A stretch of 18,766 nucleotides of DNA from Gemmatimonadota bacterium (GCA_038153405.1 JAYOYH010000023.1:46996-65761); one strand, 5' to 3'; shown: positions 1-8,678, counted from the first letter of the stretch. Notes: generated by a model not told the origin, from the sequence alone. Made by a program: numbers and translations.

Positions 1-39
1 GACGCTTTCTTCGAGCCGCTCAAGCGCCTCTTCAAATGA
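1..39 (+). CDS. Possible 3' end of an upstream gene convergent with xseA (...DAFFEPLKRLFK*), partial
   Basis: Frame 1 is open from the window edge to TGA at 37-39, 11 nt before the xseA stop, with GC3-rich codons. Too short to identify. Confidence 0.4.
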   Translation, partial: DAFFEPLKRLFK

Positions 40-50
40 ATTAGGTTCGC

Positions 51-1292
51 TCATTGTTGAATATCCTCCACGCTGCAGATGGCACTGCCGCGCTGAAATC
101 GCACCCGTATGGTATCGCCCGGCTGCAGTTCGTTGGCATCTTTGATGAGTTGTCCGTTCTCCGTGGCCTCAGCCAGAGAGAAGCCGCGTGCCAGTCCCTT
201 GAGCGGGCTGAGATCTTCCAGCCGCATCAGCGCGCCGCCAAAGGCTTCTATGCGCCGCCTGGCATACCAGTCGAACGCAGTGATTAGGTCTTTGCGGCGT
301 TCGTCGAGGTACTGGCTGTTTTGCTCTATGCGATCGCGCGCGCGCAGTAGCACACGCCGCGGATCGAGGTGGCGCTGCGCTTCGCCGCGCCGTTCGATGT
401 GTCCCTGCATAGAAGATATGAGGCGCTGGCGAAGTTCGACGACGCGCTCCTTGAGTGCGCCGTGCTCAGCCGCGACGATTTCTGCTGCAGCCGAGGGCGT
501 CGGCGCGCGATAATCGGCCACGTAGTCGGATATTGAAAAGTCCACCTCGTGGCCAACGGCGGAAATGACCGGTATCGGCGATGCGAAGATGGCACGGGCA
601 ACGCGTTCCTCGTTAAAACACCAGAGGTCTTCTGGTGCACCGCCGCCGCGGCCGACGATAATGATATCGACCTCGGCATAGCGGTTGAGCTCTTCAATGC
701 CGTGTGCGACTTCCTCGGCGGCCCCTTGGCCCTGCACGCGCGCTGGTGCCAAGACGATCTGTATGCCTGGGGCACGGCGCTGCATGACCTGTGCGATATC
801 GCGGATGGCAGCTCCCGTTGGCGACGTGACGACGCCGACGCGGCGCGGGAAGGGCGGCAGCGCGCGCTTGCGCTCTACGTCAAAGAGGCCTTCGGCCGCC
901 AGTCTGCTTTTGAGCTGTTCAAAGGCCAACGCCAGTTCGCCGACTCCGGCTGGCTGTATGCGTGCAGCGTAAAACTGGTAGACGCCGCGCGTCTCGTATA
1001 CAGAGACGTGGCCGTAGACCAGCACCTGCATGCCGGATTCGGGTTCAAAGGACAGGCCGCGCGACTGCCATTTGAACATGACGGCGCTGAGCTGGCTGTG
1101 TTCGTCTTTGATTGTGAAGTAGCGATGGCCCGAGCCGCGCTGTAGGGTATACTGGGATATCTCGCCCAGCACCCAACGCGACTCCAGTTCTGTTTCTAGG
1201 AGAGATTTAATCTGGCCGGTGAGTTCGGAGACGCTGAGCGGGCGAGCGGCGTCCTCACCGACTTGGTCGGCAAAGAGATCGTGTTCTGACAT
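51..1292 (-). CDS. xseA: Exodeoxyribonuclease VII large subunit
   Basis: N-terminal OB fold (SVSELT...GEIS...SGHRYFTIKD), then VGVVTSPTGAAIRDI, IIVGRGGG, EDLWCFNEE, SAVGHEVDFSISDYVADYRAPTPSAAAE and C-terminal LSPLKGLARGFS. Confidence 0.97.
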   Translation of the reverse strand: MSEHDLFADQVGEDAARPLSVSELTGQIKSLLETELESRWVLGEISQYTLQRGSGHRYFTIKDEHSQLSAVMFKWQSRGLSFEPESGMQVLVYGHVSVYETRGVYQFYAARIQPAGVGELALAFEQLKSRLAAEGLFDVERKRALPPFPRRVGVVTSPTGAAIRDIAQVMQRRAPGIQIVLAPARVQGQGAAEEVAHGIEELNRYAEVDIIIVGRGGGAPEDLWCFNEERVARAIFASPIPVISAVGHEVDFSISDYVADYRAPTPSAAAEIVAAEHGALKERVVELRQRLISSMQGHIERRGEAQRHLDPRRVLLRARDRIEQNSQYLDERRKDLITAFDWYARRRIEAFGGALMRLEDLSPLKGLARGFSLAEATENGQLIKDANELQPGDTIRVRFQRGSAICSVEDIQQ

Positions 1293-1326
1293 AGGGTGAA
1301 CAGAATAGCGCGCTCCGCTTACCGGG

Positions 1327-2115
1327 TCAAGTCTGCTCCTCGCAGATTTGCAGGCGCTCGATATGTGTGGACTTGCCGCTCACCGGATCTATATCCACCA
1401 GCACCCCGCAGAAGCGCGCGCCGTCTTCGGCCGGCTTAAAGCGGGTGGGGACTTGCGTGAGAAAGCGGCGTATGGCCTGTTCGGACTGCACGCCGATGAC
1501 CGAGTCGTGTGGGCCAGTCATGCCGGCGTCAGTCAGATAGGCCGTGCCCTTTGGCATGATGCGTTCGTCGGCCGTCTGTACGTGGGTATGGGTGCCGATT
1601 AGCGCGGAGATGGTGCCGTCCAAATACCAGCCCAGCGCCATTTTTTCGGCTGTCGCTTCGGCGTGAAAATCGACAAAGACGATGGGCGTCAGTGCGCGCA
1701 GGCGCTCGGCCTCGGCGCGGCCCAGGCGAAAGGGACAATCTATGCTGGGCATGGAAGTGCGGCCCTGTAGACAGAGCACGGCAACCGTATGGCCACTGCG
1801 CGATTCCACAACGGTAGAACCGCGGCCCGGTGCGCCGGGCGGGTAGTTAAAGGGGCGCAGAACGCGGTCGCCGCGGTCGAGTTGTGGGACGAATTCTTTG
1901 CGATCCCATATGTGGTTGCCGCTGGTGATGACGTCAACGCCGTAGCTGTGCAGCTTGTGCACGAGATTATCGGTCAGGCCAAAACCGCCGGCGGCATTCT
2001 CGCCGTTGGCAATGACGAAATCTACTGCGCGGTCGCGCAGCAGGGCGGGAATGTGAACGGATGCCATGCGCCGTCCCGCTTGGGCAAAGATATCGGCGGT
2101 GAAGAGAATGCGCAT
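1327..2115 (-). CDS. ymdB: YmdB-like (TIGR00282 family) metallophosphoesterase / 2',3'-cyclic nucleotide phosphodiesterase
   Basis: Motifs NGENAAGGFG, TSGNHIWD, LRPFNYP, DFHAEATAEK, GTHTHVQTAD and TDAGMTGP. Starts 4 nt after the rny stop, the conserved rny-ymdB order. Confidence 0.93.
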   Translation of the reverse strand: MRILFTADIFAQAGRRMASVHIPALLRDRAVDFVIANGENAAGGFGLTDNLVHKLHSYGVDVITSGNHIWDRKEFVPQLDRGDRVLRPFNYPPGAPGRGSTVVESRSGHTVAVLCLQGRTSMPSIDCPFRLGRAEAERLRALTPIVFVDFHAEATAEKMALGWYLDGTISALIGTHTHVQTADERIMPKGTAYLTDAGMTGPHDSVIGVQSEQAIRRFLTQVPTRFKPAEDGARFCGVLVDIDPVSGKSTHIERLQICEEQT

Positions 2116-2119
2116 TGAG

Positions 2120-3685
2120 TCAGCGCGCGTAGTGAACGGCGCGGACCTCGCGCACTAGGCAGACGCGTATCTGACCCGGATGGTCGAGTTCGGCTTCTAA
2201 TTTTTCGACGATTTCGTCGGCCAGTTGCTCCGCATAGGTATCGTCGACGACCTCGCTGTCTACCAGCACGCGGATTTCCTTGCCATTCTGCAGGGCAAAC
2301 GCCTTGCGAACGCCCACTTGCGCGGCGGCTATTTCCTCGATGTGATGCAGGCGTTGGGTGTATTCCTCGACTTTGTCCTTGCGCGCGCCGGGGCGATTGA
2401 CGGACAGCTCGTTGGCGGCGTCGACTAGGGCGGCAATGGTCGAGCGCGAAGGTGAGTTCTTGGCGTGCGTCTCAATGACTTGAACGACTTCCGGAGCTTC
2501 TCCGCATTTGCGCGCTAGCGCTGCGCCCGACTGTGTGGGATCGTTGCCCTGCTCAAAACCGAGCGCCTTGCCGATGTCGTGCAGCAAGCCCGCGCGGCGC
2601 GCTAGCGTTATATCGAGCTCCAGCGCTTCGGCCATCATGCCGGCCAGTAAGCCGACTTCTTTGCTGTGCGCCAGCAGGTTTTGCCCATAGCTGGTGTGAA
2701 AGCGCAGCTTGCCAAGCAGTTCGAGTAGGGGATCGGCCATATCGTGAATACCTAGGTCGAAGGCGGCTTTGGAACCGGATTCGCGCACCATTTCTTCGAC
2801 ATCTTGCATGACCTTCTCATAGACTTCTTCGATGCGGCCCGGATGAATACGCCCATCGAGTACGAGCTTTTCCAGCGTGCCTTTGGCCACCTCGCGTCTG
2901 AGGGGAGCAAAGCCGGATAGCATGACGATACCCGGGGTATCGTCGACGATGACCTCGACCCCTGTAACCATTTCAAACGAGCGGATATTGCGTCCGTCGC
3001 GGCCTATAATGCGCCCCTTCATATCGTCTGACGGCAGCGATACGACGGAGACGGAACTCTCTACGACGAGCTCACCGGCGAAGCGCTGAATGGCGCGGGT
3101 GATGATTTCCTTGGCCTCTAGGCTGGCATTGGCCATGGCGTGGTCTTTGATCTCGCGCACTTTGCGCGCAGCGGACTGGCGCGCGCTTTGCTCGAGCTGC
3201 GCGATGAGCATCTGCCGCGCTTCGGACAGGGTCAGACCAGCCGATTCCTCCAGGCGCTTGCGCTGCTGCTGAATCAGCTCGCGCACGCTGGCCTCTGAAG
3301 CGGCGAGCCCAGTCTCGCGCTGTTCGAGCTCGTTTTCGGTTTTGAGCAAATTGCGCTCTTTGCCGTCGAGTATGTCGAATTTGCGATCGAGCTGCAGCTC
3401 CCGTTCGGCTAGTTTACTCTCGACTTGGTGCTGTGCACGTCTGCGCGCCTCCAGCTCTCTTTCCAGCGGTTCGTGTTCCTGCCGCCACTTGTCTCGGGCT
3501 TCCAGTAGGGCGGTTTTCTTAACCGCCTCGGCCTCGCTGCTGGCCGTATTTATGATTTCGTTTGCTCGGGCCTGTACGTCGTTTAACCGCCTGCCGCGCG
3601 CGTAGGCACACGAGAACCACCCGATGAGACCACCGCAGGTGAGAGCAGCTAAGACGAGTACAATCCAGAGGATAGTTTCATCCAC
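2120..3685 (-). CDS. rny: Ribonuclease Y (TM anchor, coiled coil, KH, HD domain); HD metal site partly degenerate
   Basis: N-terminal hydrophobic helix, long coiled coil, KH motif LPSDDMKGRIIGRDGRNIRSFE...IVDDTP, DGRIHPGRIEE, TSYGQN, AGLLHDIGK, RPGAR. GTG start with GGAG 7 nt upstream. Confidence 0.95.
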   Translation of the reverse strand: MDETILWIVLVLAALTCGGLIGWFSCAYARGRRLNDVQARANEIINTASSEAEAVKKTALLEARDKWRQEHEPLERELEARRRAQHQVESKLAERELQLDRKFDILDGKERNLLKTENELEQRETGLAASEASVRELIQQQRKRLEESAGLTLSEARQMLIAQLEQSARQSAARKVREIKDHAMANASLEAKEIITRAIQRFAGELVVESSVSVVSLPSDDMKGRIIGRDGRNIRSFEMVTGVEVIVDDTPGIVMLSGFAPLRREVAKGTLEKLVLDGRIHPGRIEEVYEKVMQDVEEMVRESGSKAAFDLGIHDMADPLLELLGKLRFHTSYGQNLLAHSKEVGLLAGMMAEALELDITLARRAGLLHDIGKALGFEQGNDPTQSGAALARKCGEAPEVVQVIETHAKNSPSRSTIAALVDAANELSVNRPGARKDKVEEYTQRLHHIEEIAAAQVGVRKAFALQNGKEIRVLVDSEVVDDTYAEQLADEIVEKLEAELDHPGQIRVCLVREVRAVHYAR

Positions 3686-3703
3686 GGAATGGCTCCATTG
3701 GTG

Positions 3704-3731
3704 CGGGGAACGGCGCAGACGCAGTTCCCCG
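3704..3731 (-). promoter_or_regulatory. GC-rich stem-loop in the zapA-rny intergenic region (rny 5' leader)
   Basis: cggggaac (3704-3711) pairs with gttccccg (3724-3731), then a 1x1 mismatch, a 3-bp gcg/cgc stem and a 4-nt loop. No U-tract follows. Confidence 0.5.
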
Positions 3732-3759
3732 TTAGAGTGTATAAATTGCCGGTCGCGCT

Positions 3760-4077
3760 CTAGCCGTCCGAGGTATCGGCGGCATCGACTTCCTCAAAGA
3801 TGCGTCCGAGTGACGCCGTTAGCCGGGAAGTGCGCGTTTCGATTTCGGATTCGACGGATGCGTATTCCGTCTGCAGTTTGAAGAGCTCGTCGATGAGGTT
3901 GAGCCCCGCAATGACGGCCACTTGAAGGGGAGATTGGCGGCTATCGCCCTCCACCTCGCGCATGTGGCCGTCTACCATATGCGCCACCTGGCGCATATAC
4001 TCCACGTCGTGCCCCTCTGTTGAGAGGGTGTAGTTCTTACCGAAGATATTGACTACGGCACTTTGACTCTGTGACAT
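3760..4077 (-). CDS. zapA: Cell division protein ZapA
   Basis: VNIFGKNYTL...YMRQVAHMVDGHMREV...VAVIAGLNLIDELF followed by a coiled coil. Strong GAGGAG SD; pheT-zapB-zapA-rny synteny. Confidence 0.92.
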   Translation of the reverse strand: MSQSQSAVVNIFGKNYTLSTEGHDVEYMRQVAHMVDGHMREVEGDSRQSPLQVAVIAGLNLIDELFKLQTEYASVESEIETRTSRLTASLGRIFEEVDAADTSDG

Positions 4078-4112
4078 GGGTTGCTCCTCGGTTGGGGCGC
4101 AGCGCTATTGAA

Positions 4113-4370
4113 CTAAAGCTCTAGTCCGTCGAGGCGCTGCAGCAGCCCTTCTACGCGACCTCTGACCTCTTCGCGGGTTTGGTTGGCCGCACTCAACTCG
4201 CCTTCCAATGGGCGCAGACGCCCCATCTCTTCCTGCGCCTGCTGATTTTGCTGCTCCAATTCCTGAACGCGGCTCTTGAGGTCGGTATTTTCCTCGCGCA
4301 GGCGATTCAAGACTTCTACTAGGCGATTTACTTCTTGTTCAAGTCGTTCAAAATTACTGTCCATAGCCAT
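4113..4370 (-). CDS. zapB: Cell division protein ZapB-like coiled-coil protein
   Basis: FERLEQEVNRLVEVLNRLREEN...VRGRVEGLLQRLD is all heptad coiled coil and sits between pheT and zapA. Start could be ATG 4364 instead. Confidence 0.8.
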   Translation of the reverse strand: MAMDSNFERLEQEVNRLVEVLNRLREENTDLKSRVQELEQQNQQAQEEMGRLRPLEGELSAANQTREEVRGRVEGLLQRLDGLEL

Positions 4371-4402
4371 GGTCTTAACGGGCTCCTGAAAGGCGTAAAA
4401 AA

Positions 4403-6775
4403 CTAGCGCAAATGGGCGCCGAACCGCTTTTGCAACTGCTGTAGAATTTCGCTAATGGCCGCATCGGCCTGCGCGTCTTTCAGCGTGCGCTGCGGATGGC
4501 GCAGGCGAATCGAAAAGCTGAGGCTCTTATGGCCGGCCTCGACCGGTTCGCCCCGGTACAAGTCGAAGAATTCGACGTGCTCGACGAGCGCGCCGGCGGC
4601 TATCGCATCGGCTAGTGCGCTGTGACTGGTCTCTTCGCTGACGACGATGGAAAGGTCGCGCTCTGCCGCAGGAAATTTGGGCAGCGCAGAAAATGCGTGT
4701 TGGCGCTGCTGCCAGAAATCGACCAGCGGGGCGAAGTCCAGTTCAAAGATATACACTGCCGCCTCTACATCAAAGGCATCGCAGAGAGCGGGGTCAACTT
4801 GGCCGATGTGGCCGATGCTCACCTCGCCCAATTCGACGCGAGCGCAGTGGCCGCGTCGATAGCCCGCACCGTCGGCCGACTCAAAGCGCAGAGGCGCGCC
4901 GTCGGCCAGCGCCTCTAGCGCGCCCTTGAGGTCGTAAAAGTCGACGTCTCGCTGTGGCCCGTGCCAGGTGGTGGGTGAGATGGGGCCCGCATAGAGCGCG
5001 GCCAGCTGCCAGCGCTCAACGGGCAGTGGTCCATCTGCCGTTGGCGCTGAAAAGCACTTGCCCAATTCGAAGAAGGCCAGCGAGCGAGCGCGTTGGTTAA
5101 AATTGCGCCGTGCGATCTCGAGCAGGCTGGGCAAAAGGCGCGTGCGCAGCAGCGACTGCGCCTCGGTGGGTGGGTTGGCCAAAGCAATGGCAAAAGGCGC
5201 GCGTATATGTTCTTCCCAGGCCGCATCGACAATGGTGTTGCTCAGCACTTCGTCTAGTCCGATATCGGCCAGGCGCCGCCGCGCCACGCCGCGCCAGTGC
5301 AGCAAGGGTTCGAGGCGGTGTAGCCACGGTCCGTTGGCCTGCTGGCTGCCGACAATGCGGTCGTACCCGTATATGCGCCCTAGCTCTTCAATCACGTCGG
5401 CTTCGCGCAGCAGGTCGGGGCGAAAGCTCGGCGGGGTTACGCGCAGCACGTCGTCTTCGATGGCGACCGCGCAGTCGAGCAGTGCGAGAACGCGCTGTGC
5501 TTCCACCGGAGTAAAGTCTGTCGCCAGCAGCTGATTGGCTTTGGAAAGGCGTAGGTCAATAGTGTCGCTCTGCTGCGGCAGGGGATGTGCGTCGATGGGG
5601 TGGGGGGCGACGCGTCCGCCTGCGTATTGGGCGATTAGCGCCGCGGCACGGTTGGCCGCCCGCAGGCACATATCCCAGTCGGCGCCGCGCTCAAAGCGCG
5701 CAGCCGCTTCCGTGTGGATGCCCAGGTGTGCACGCACCTGGCGTATGCGGCTGGCCGAGAAATGGGCGCTTTCGAGCAAGATATCGGTGGTCGCCTCGTC
5801 GACCTCTGAATTGGCTCCTCCCATAATGCCGGCCAGGGCAACGGGGCGTTGGCCATCGGCGATGACCAGTGTTTCTGCGTCCAAAGGGCGTTCGACGCCG
5901 TCGAGCGTCTCGAGTTTTTCCCCCTCGCGGGCGCGGCGCACGATGATGCGCTGGTCCTCTAATTTACCTAGGTCAAAGGCGTGTAGGGGCTGTCCCAGTT
6001 CGAGCATCGCGTAGTTGGTAATATCCACGATATTATTGATGGAGCGTTGGCCAACGGCCTGCAGGCGGCGCTGCAGCCAGTCGGGGGATGGTCCGACCGC
6101 TACGTCGCGGATGACGATGCCGACATAGCGCGGGCAGTCCTCCGGTGCGTCGATGACAATGTCGATAGCATCGGAACAGGGCGCGCCATGCGATTCCACC
6201 TCGAAAGACGGCAGCGCCAGTGGGTTGCCGCTGAGGGCGCGCACTTCGCGTGCAATGCCGACGACGCTGAGGCAGTCGGGTCGGTTGGGCGTGATTTCAA
6301 AATCGAGGACGGTGTCGTCCAGCCCGACGGCGCCGGAAAAGGACTGCCCTGGCTGTAGGGCTTCATCCAATACCAGGATGCCGTCGTGGTTGTCGCCAAG
6401 TCCCAATTCGTCCTCGGCGCAGATCATACCGAGCGATTCGACGCCGCGAATCGTTGCCTTCTTTATGGTGAAATCGCCGGGCAGGGTGCAGCCGGGCAGT
6501 GCCACGGCTACTTTCTGGCCGGCTGCGACGTTGGGCGCACCGCAGACTATGGTATTGATGCCCTCGCCGATATCGACTTTGCAGACGGAAAGGCGGTCGG
6601 CGTTGGGGTGGCGTTCGCACTCGAGGACGTGGCCTACGACGACCCCTTCGAGGCGCTGCGCTAGTTCATCTACGCCCTCAAATTCGAGTCCGGCCATGGT
6701 CAGACGGTCGACCAACTCGCGCCAGTCCCAGGGGCAGTTGACGTATTCAGCGAGCCATTTCGTGGTGATCTTCAT
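4403..6775 (-). CDS. pheT: Phenylalanine--tRNA ligase beta subunit
   Basis: HPNADRLSVC, IVCGAPNV, IRGVESLGMICAEDELG, FEITPNRPDCLS, NNIVDITNY, GQPLHAFD, RFERG, RPDLLREADVIEELGRIYGYD and the C-terminal FDX-ACB domain (KFPAAERDLS, FDLYRG). Confidence 0.98.
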   Translation of the reverse strand: MKITTKWLAEYVNCPWDWRELVDRLTMAGLEFEGVDELAQRLEGVVVGHVLECERHPNADRLSVCKVDIGEGINTIVCGAPNVAAGQKVAVALPGCTLPGDFTIKKATIRGVESLGMICAEDELGLGDNHDGILVLDEALQPGQSFSGAVGLDDTVLDFEITPNRPDCLSVVGIAREVRALSGNPLALPSFEVESHGAPCSDAIDIVIDAPEDCPRYVGIVIRDVAVGPSPDWLQRRLQAVGQRSINNIVDITNYAMLELGQPLHAFDLGKLEDQRIIVRRAREGEKLETLDGVERPLDAETLVIADGQRPVALAGIMGGANSEVDEATTDILLESAHFSASRIRQVRAHLGIHTEAAARFERGADWDMCLRAANRAAALIAQYAGGRVAPHPIDAHPLPQQSDTIDLRLSKANQLLATDFTPVEAQRVLALLDCAVAIEDDVLRVTPPSFRPDLLREADVIEELGRIYGYDRIVGSQQANGPWLHRLEPLLHWRGVARRRLADIGLDEVLSNTIVDAAWEEHIRAPFAIALANPPTEAQSLLRTRLLPSLLEIARRNFNQRARSLAFFELGKCFSAPTADGPLPVERWQLAALYAGPISPTTWHGPQRDVDFYDLKGALEALADGAPLRFESADGAGYRRGHCARVELGEVSIGHIGQVDPALCDAFDVEAAVYIFELDFAPLVDFWQQRQHAFSALPKFPAAERDLSIVVSEETSHSALADAIAAGALVEHVEFFDLYRGEPVEAGHKSLSFSIRLRHPQRTLKDAQADAAISEILQQLQKRFGAHLR

Positions 6776-6799
6776 GCCTACTCTTCCGTTTTCGACTTC

Positions 6800-7822
6800 C
6801 TATCGCGCGCTGAACTGACGAGTAAAGCGCAGGTCGTTTTCCAAGAAGAGGCGCACGTCGTCGATGCCGTAGCGAATCATTGCCATGCGCTCCAAACCCA
6901 TGCCAAAGGCAAAGCCACTGTATTCTTCGGAGTCGTAGCCGACCGCCGCAAATACGGCAGGATCGACCATGCCGGCTCCGGCGATCTCAATCCAGCCGGT
7001 TCCCTTGCACACGCTACAGCGCGCATTGTCGCCGCTGCATATGGAGCAGGAGAAATCGTATTCGACGCTGGGTTCTGTAAAAGGGAAGAAATGGGAGCGA
7101 AAGCGCACGCGCGTGTCGTCGCCCAAAAGCTGGCGCCCCATGGCCTCGATGGTGCCCTTGAGATCGGCAAACGAAACCTTGCGGTCTACGTAGAGGCCTT
7201 CGATCTGGTGAAAGGCAAAGTGGTGCGTTGCGTCGACCGTTTCCTTGCGGTAACAGCGCCCTAGCGATACGATGCGCACGGGGGGTTGCTGCTTTTCCAT
7301 CACGCGAATTTGCACGGTCGAAGTGTGGGTGCGCAGTAGGCCGCCGTCGCGCAGGTAAAACGTGTCGTGCAGATCGCGAGCCGGGTGATCTGCCGGCGTA
7401 TTGAGCGCGTCGAAGTTATGGTATTCGTCCTCGGCTTCCGGTCCATCCGCTAGGTCAAAACCCATGCCGCGGAAGACGTCGCTCAGTTCGTCGACTAGCT
7501 GGGCGAGTGGATGCAGAGCGCCGCGCCGCGGCGATCTGCCCGGCAGCGTCACATCGAGGTGTGCATGCGCATCGGTGGCCTCCTGCAGCTGGCGCTGGCG
7601 CGCGTCCAGTGCTGCCTGCACGGCTTTTTGCGCACTGCCGGCGGCCTGGCCCAACTGCGGGCGCTGTTCAGCGGGCAGTTGGCCAATTTGGCCCATGATG
7701 TGGCGAAGTTGGCTCTTGCGGCCTAGATAGCGCACGCGAAGTTCTTCGAGTACAGAAAGATCCGCTGCGCGCTGAATATCCTCGACGGCCGCCTTCTGGA
7801 GTTCGTGCAATTGTTCCAGCAT
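6800..7822 (-). CDS. pheS: Phenylalanine--tRNA ligase alpha subunit
   Basis: HNFDALNTPADHPARDLHDTFY, LLRTHTS, FHQIEGL, FFPFTEPS, GWIEIAGAGMV, GFAFGMGLERMAM. ATG 7822 preferred over TTG 7834. Confidence 0.98.
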   Translation of the reverse strand: MLEQLHELQKAAVEDIQRAADLSVLEELRVRYLGRKSQLRHIMGQIGQLPAEQRPQLGQAAGSAQKAVQAALDARQRQLQEATDAHAHLDVTLPGRSPRRGALHPLAQLVDELSDVFRGMGFDLADGPEAEDEYHNFDALNTPADHPARDLHDTFYLRDGGLLRTHTSTVQIRVMEKQQPPVRIVSLGRCYRKETVDATHHFAFHQIEGLYVDRKVSFADLKGTIEAMGRQLLGDDTRVRFRSHFFPFTEPSVEYDFSCSICSGDNARCSVCKGTGWIEIAGAGMVDPAVFAAVGYDSEEYSGFAFGMGLERMAMIRYGIDDVRLFLENDLRFTRQFSAR

Positions 7823-7845
7823 AGGTTCCGGCAAGATAGGGCGAT

Positions 7846-7898
7846 AAAAGGGTAAAAGGAGACGCGCACCTAAACCCTCGCGGGCTTGGGTGCGCGCC
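7846..7898 (-). terminator. Probable intrinsic terminator/attenuator hairpin between rplT and pheS
   Basis: Minus strand reads gcgcacccaagccc-GCGA-gggtttaggtgcgc (GNRA tetraloop, one mismatch, one G-U) followed by gtctccttttacccttttat. Confidence 0.65.
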
Positions 7899-7923
7899 GT
7901 CGCCTTAGAAGTGGCTCGCGGAT

Positions 7924-8277
7924 TTAGAGATGGGCCTTGGCCTGCTCGGCAATGGCGGCAAACGCCGTCGGATCGCTCACGGCTAGGTCGGCCAGCACCT
8001 TGCGGTTGATCTCGATGCCGGCTTTGTCCAGGCCATAAATCAGGCGGCTATAAGACAGGCCATTGATGCGCGCAGCGGCGTTGATGCGCACAATCCACAG
8101 CTGGCGAAAGTCGCGCTTGCGCACCCGGCGGTCGCGGTAGGCATAGGCATCGGCGCGGTTGACGGCCTCTTGGGCCGTGCGATAGAGGCGGCTGCGCGCC
8201 CCCCAAAAACCTTTGGCTCTGTCGAGGACCTTTTTCTTGCGCCGCTTGGTGGCAACGGCGTGTTTTACACGAGGCAT
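7924..8277 (-). CDS. rplT: 50S ribosomal protein L20
   Basis: MPRVK...[15 protein letters not shown]...[26 protein letters not shown]...[16 protein letters not shown]. Confidence 0.99.
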   Translation of the reverse strand: MPRVKHAVATKRRKKKVLDRAKGFWGARSRLYRTAQEAVNRADAYAYRDRRVRKRDFRQLWIVRINAAARINGLSYSRLIYGLDKAGIEINRKVLADLAVSDPTAFAAIAEQAKAHL

Positions 8278-8328
8278 GGGTTAGTCTCCATAACAAAAGC
8301 AAGATGGCAGAAACGATTCGGGCGCGAT

Positions 8329-8526
8329 CTACTTCAAGTTGAGGGCGCGGCGGACGTTGTCCATATCGGCGCCGGCGACGACGGCTTTCTTGCGCATATT
8401 GCGCTTGCGCTTGGTCGAGCGACCGCCCAACAGGTGCGTCGCGTAGGCTTTGCCGCGTTTGATGCTGCCCGAGTTGCGCCTTTTAAAGCGCTTGGCTGAG
8501 GCTTTGTGCGTCTTGATTTTGGGCAT
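8329..8526 (-). CDS. rpmI: 50S ribosomal protein L35
   Basis: MPKIKTHKASAKRFK...HLL...KRKRNMR, 65 aa, directly upstream of rplT; GAGAGG SD. Confidence 0.98.
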   Translation of the reverse strand: MPKIKTHKASAKRFKRRNSGSIKRGKAYATHLLGGRSTKRKRNMRKKAVVAGADMDNVRRALNLK

Positions 8527-8593
8527 TTTGAAACCTCTCGTAAGTGCAATCGGTAGTGCCGCTTAGCAGTCCGGTCGAACAACAAAACAAACA

Positions 8594-8621
8594 AATATAG
8601 AGCAATCGGGAGGAATGTCAA
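8594..8621 (-). promoter_or_regulatory. Sigma70-type promoter for rpmI-rplT (TTGACA-N16-TATATT)
   Basis: Perfect -35 TTGACA (8621-8616), 16-nt spacer, -10 TATATT (8599-8594), about 67 nt upstream of the rpmI ATG. Confidence 0.7.
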
Positions 8622-8630
8622 GATTTTGCC

Positions 8631-8671
8631 GCTCTTGGATGGGGACACGGACGGTGACCCCATCCAAGAGC
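8631..8671. repeat. Perfect 14-bp inverted repeat just after the stop of the large surface-protein gene (3' stem-loop or terminator-like, no U-tract)
   Basis: gctcttggatgggg (8631-8644) / ccccatccaagagc (8658-8671), with an inner cac/gtg extension. Confidence 0.75.
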
Positions 8672-8678
8672 TATCGGC

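Noticed and set aside
40..60. xseB absent downstream of xseA
   Set aside because: xseA and xseB are unlinked in many bacteria, so this is uninformative from one window.
6995..7050. CxxC…CxxC insert in PheS (CSICSGDNARCSVC)
   Set aside because: This is a known zinc-binding insert present in PheS from many phyla, so it is not novel.
54..7730. Many plus-strand ORFs of 60-221 aa (e.g. 549-1145, 5058-5534, 5535-6014, 6153-6818)
   Set aside because: They are antisense to conserved housekeeping genes, show no recognisable domains, and are explained by stop-codon scarcity in high-GC coding DNA.
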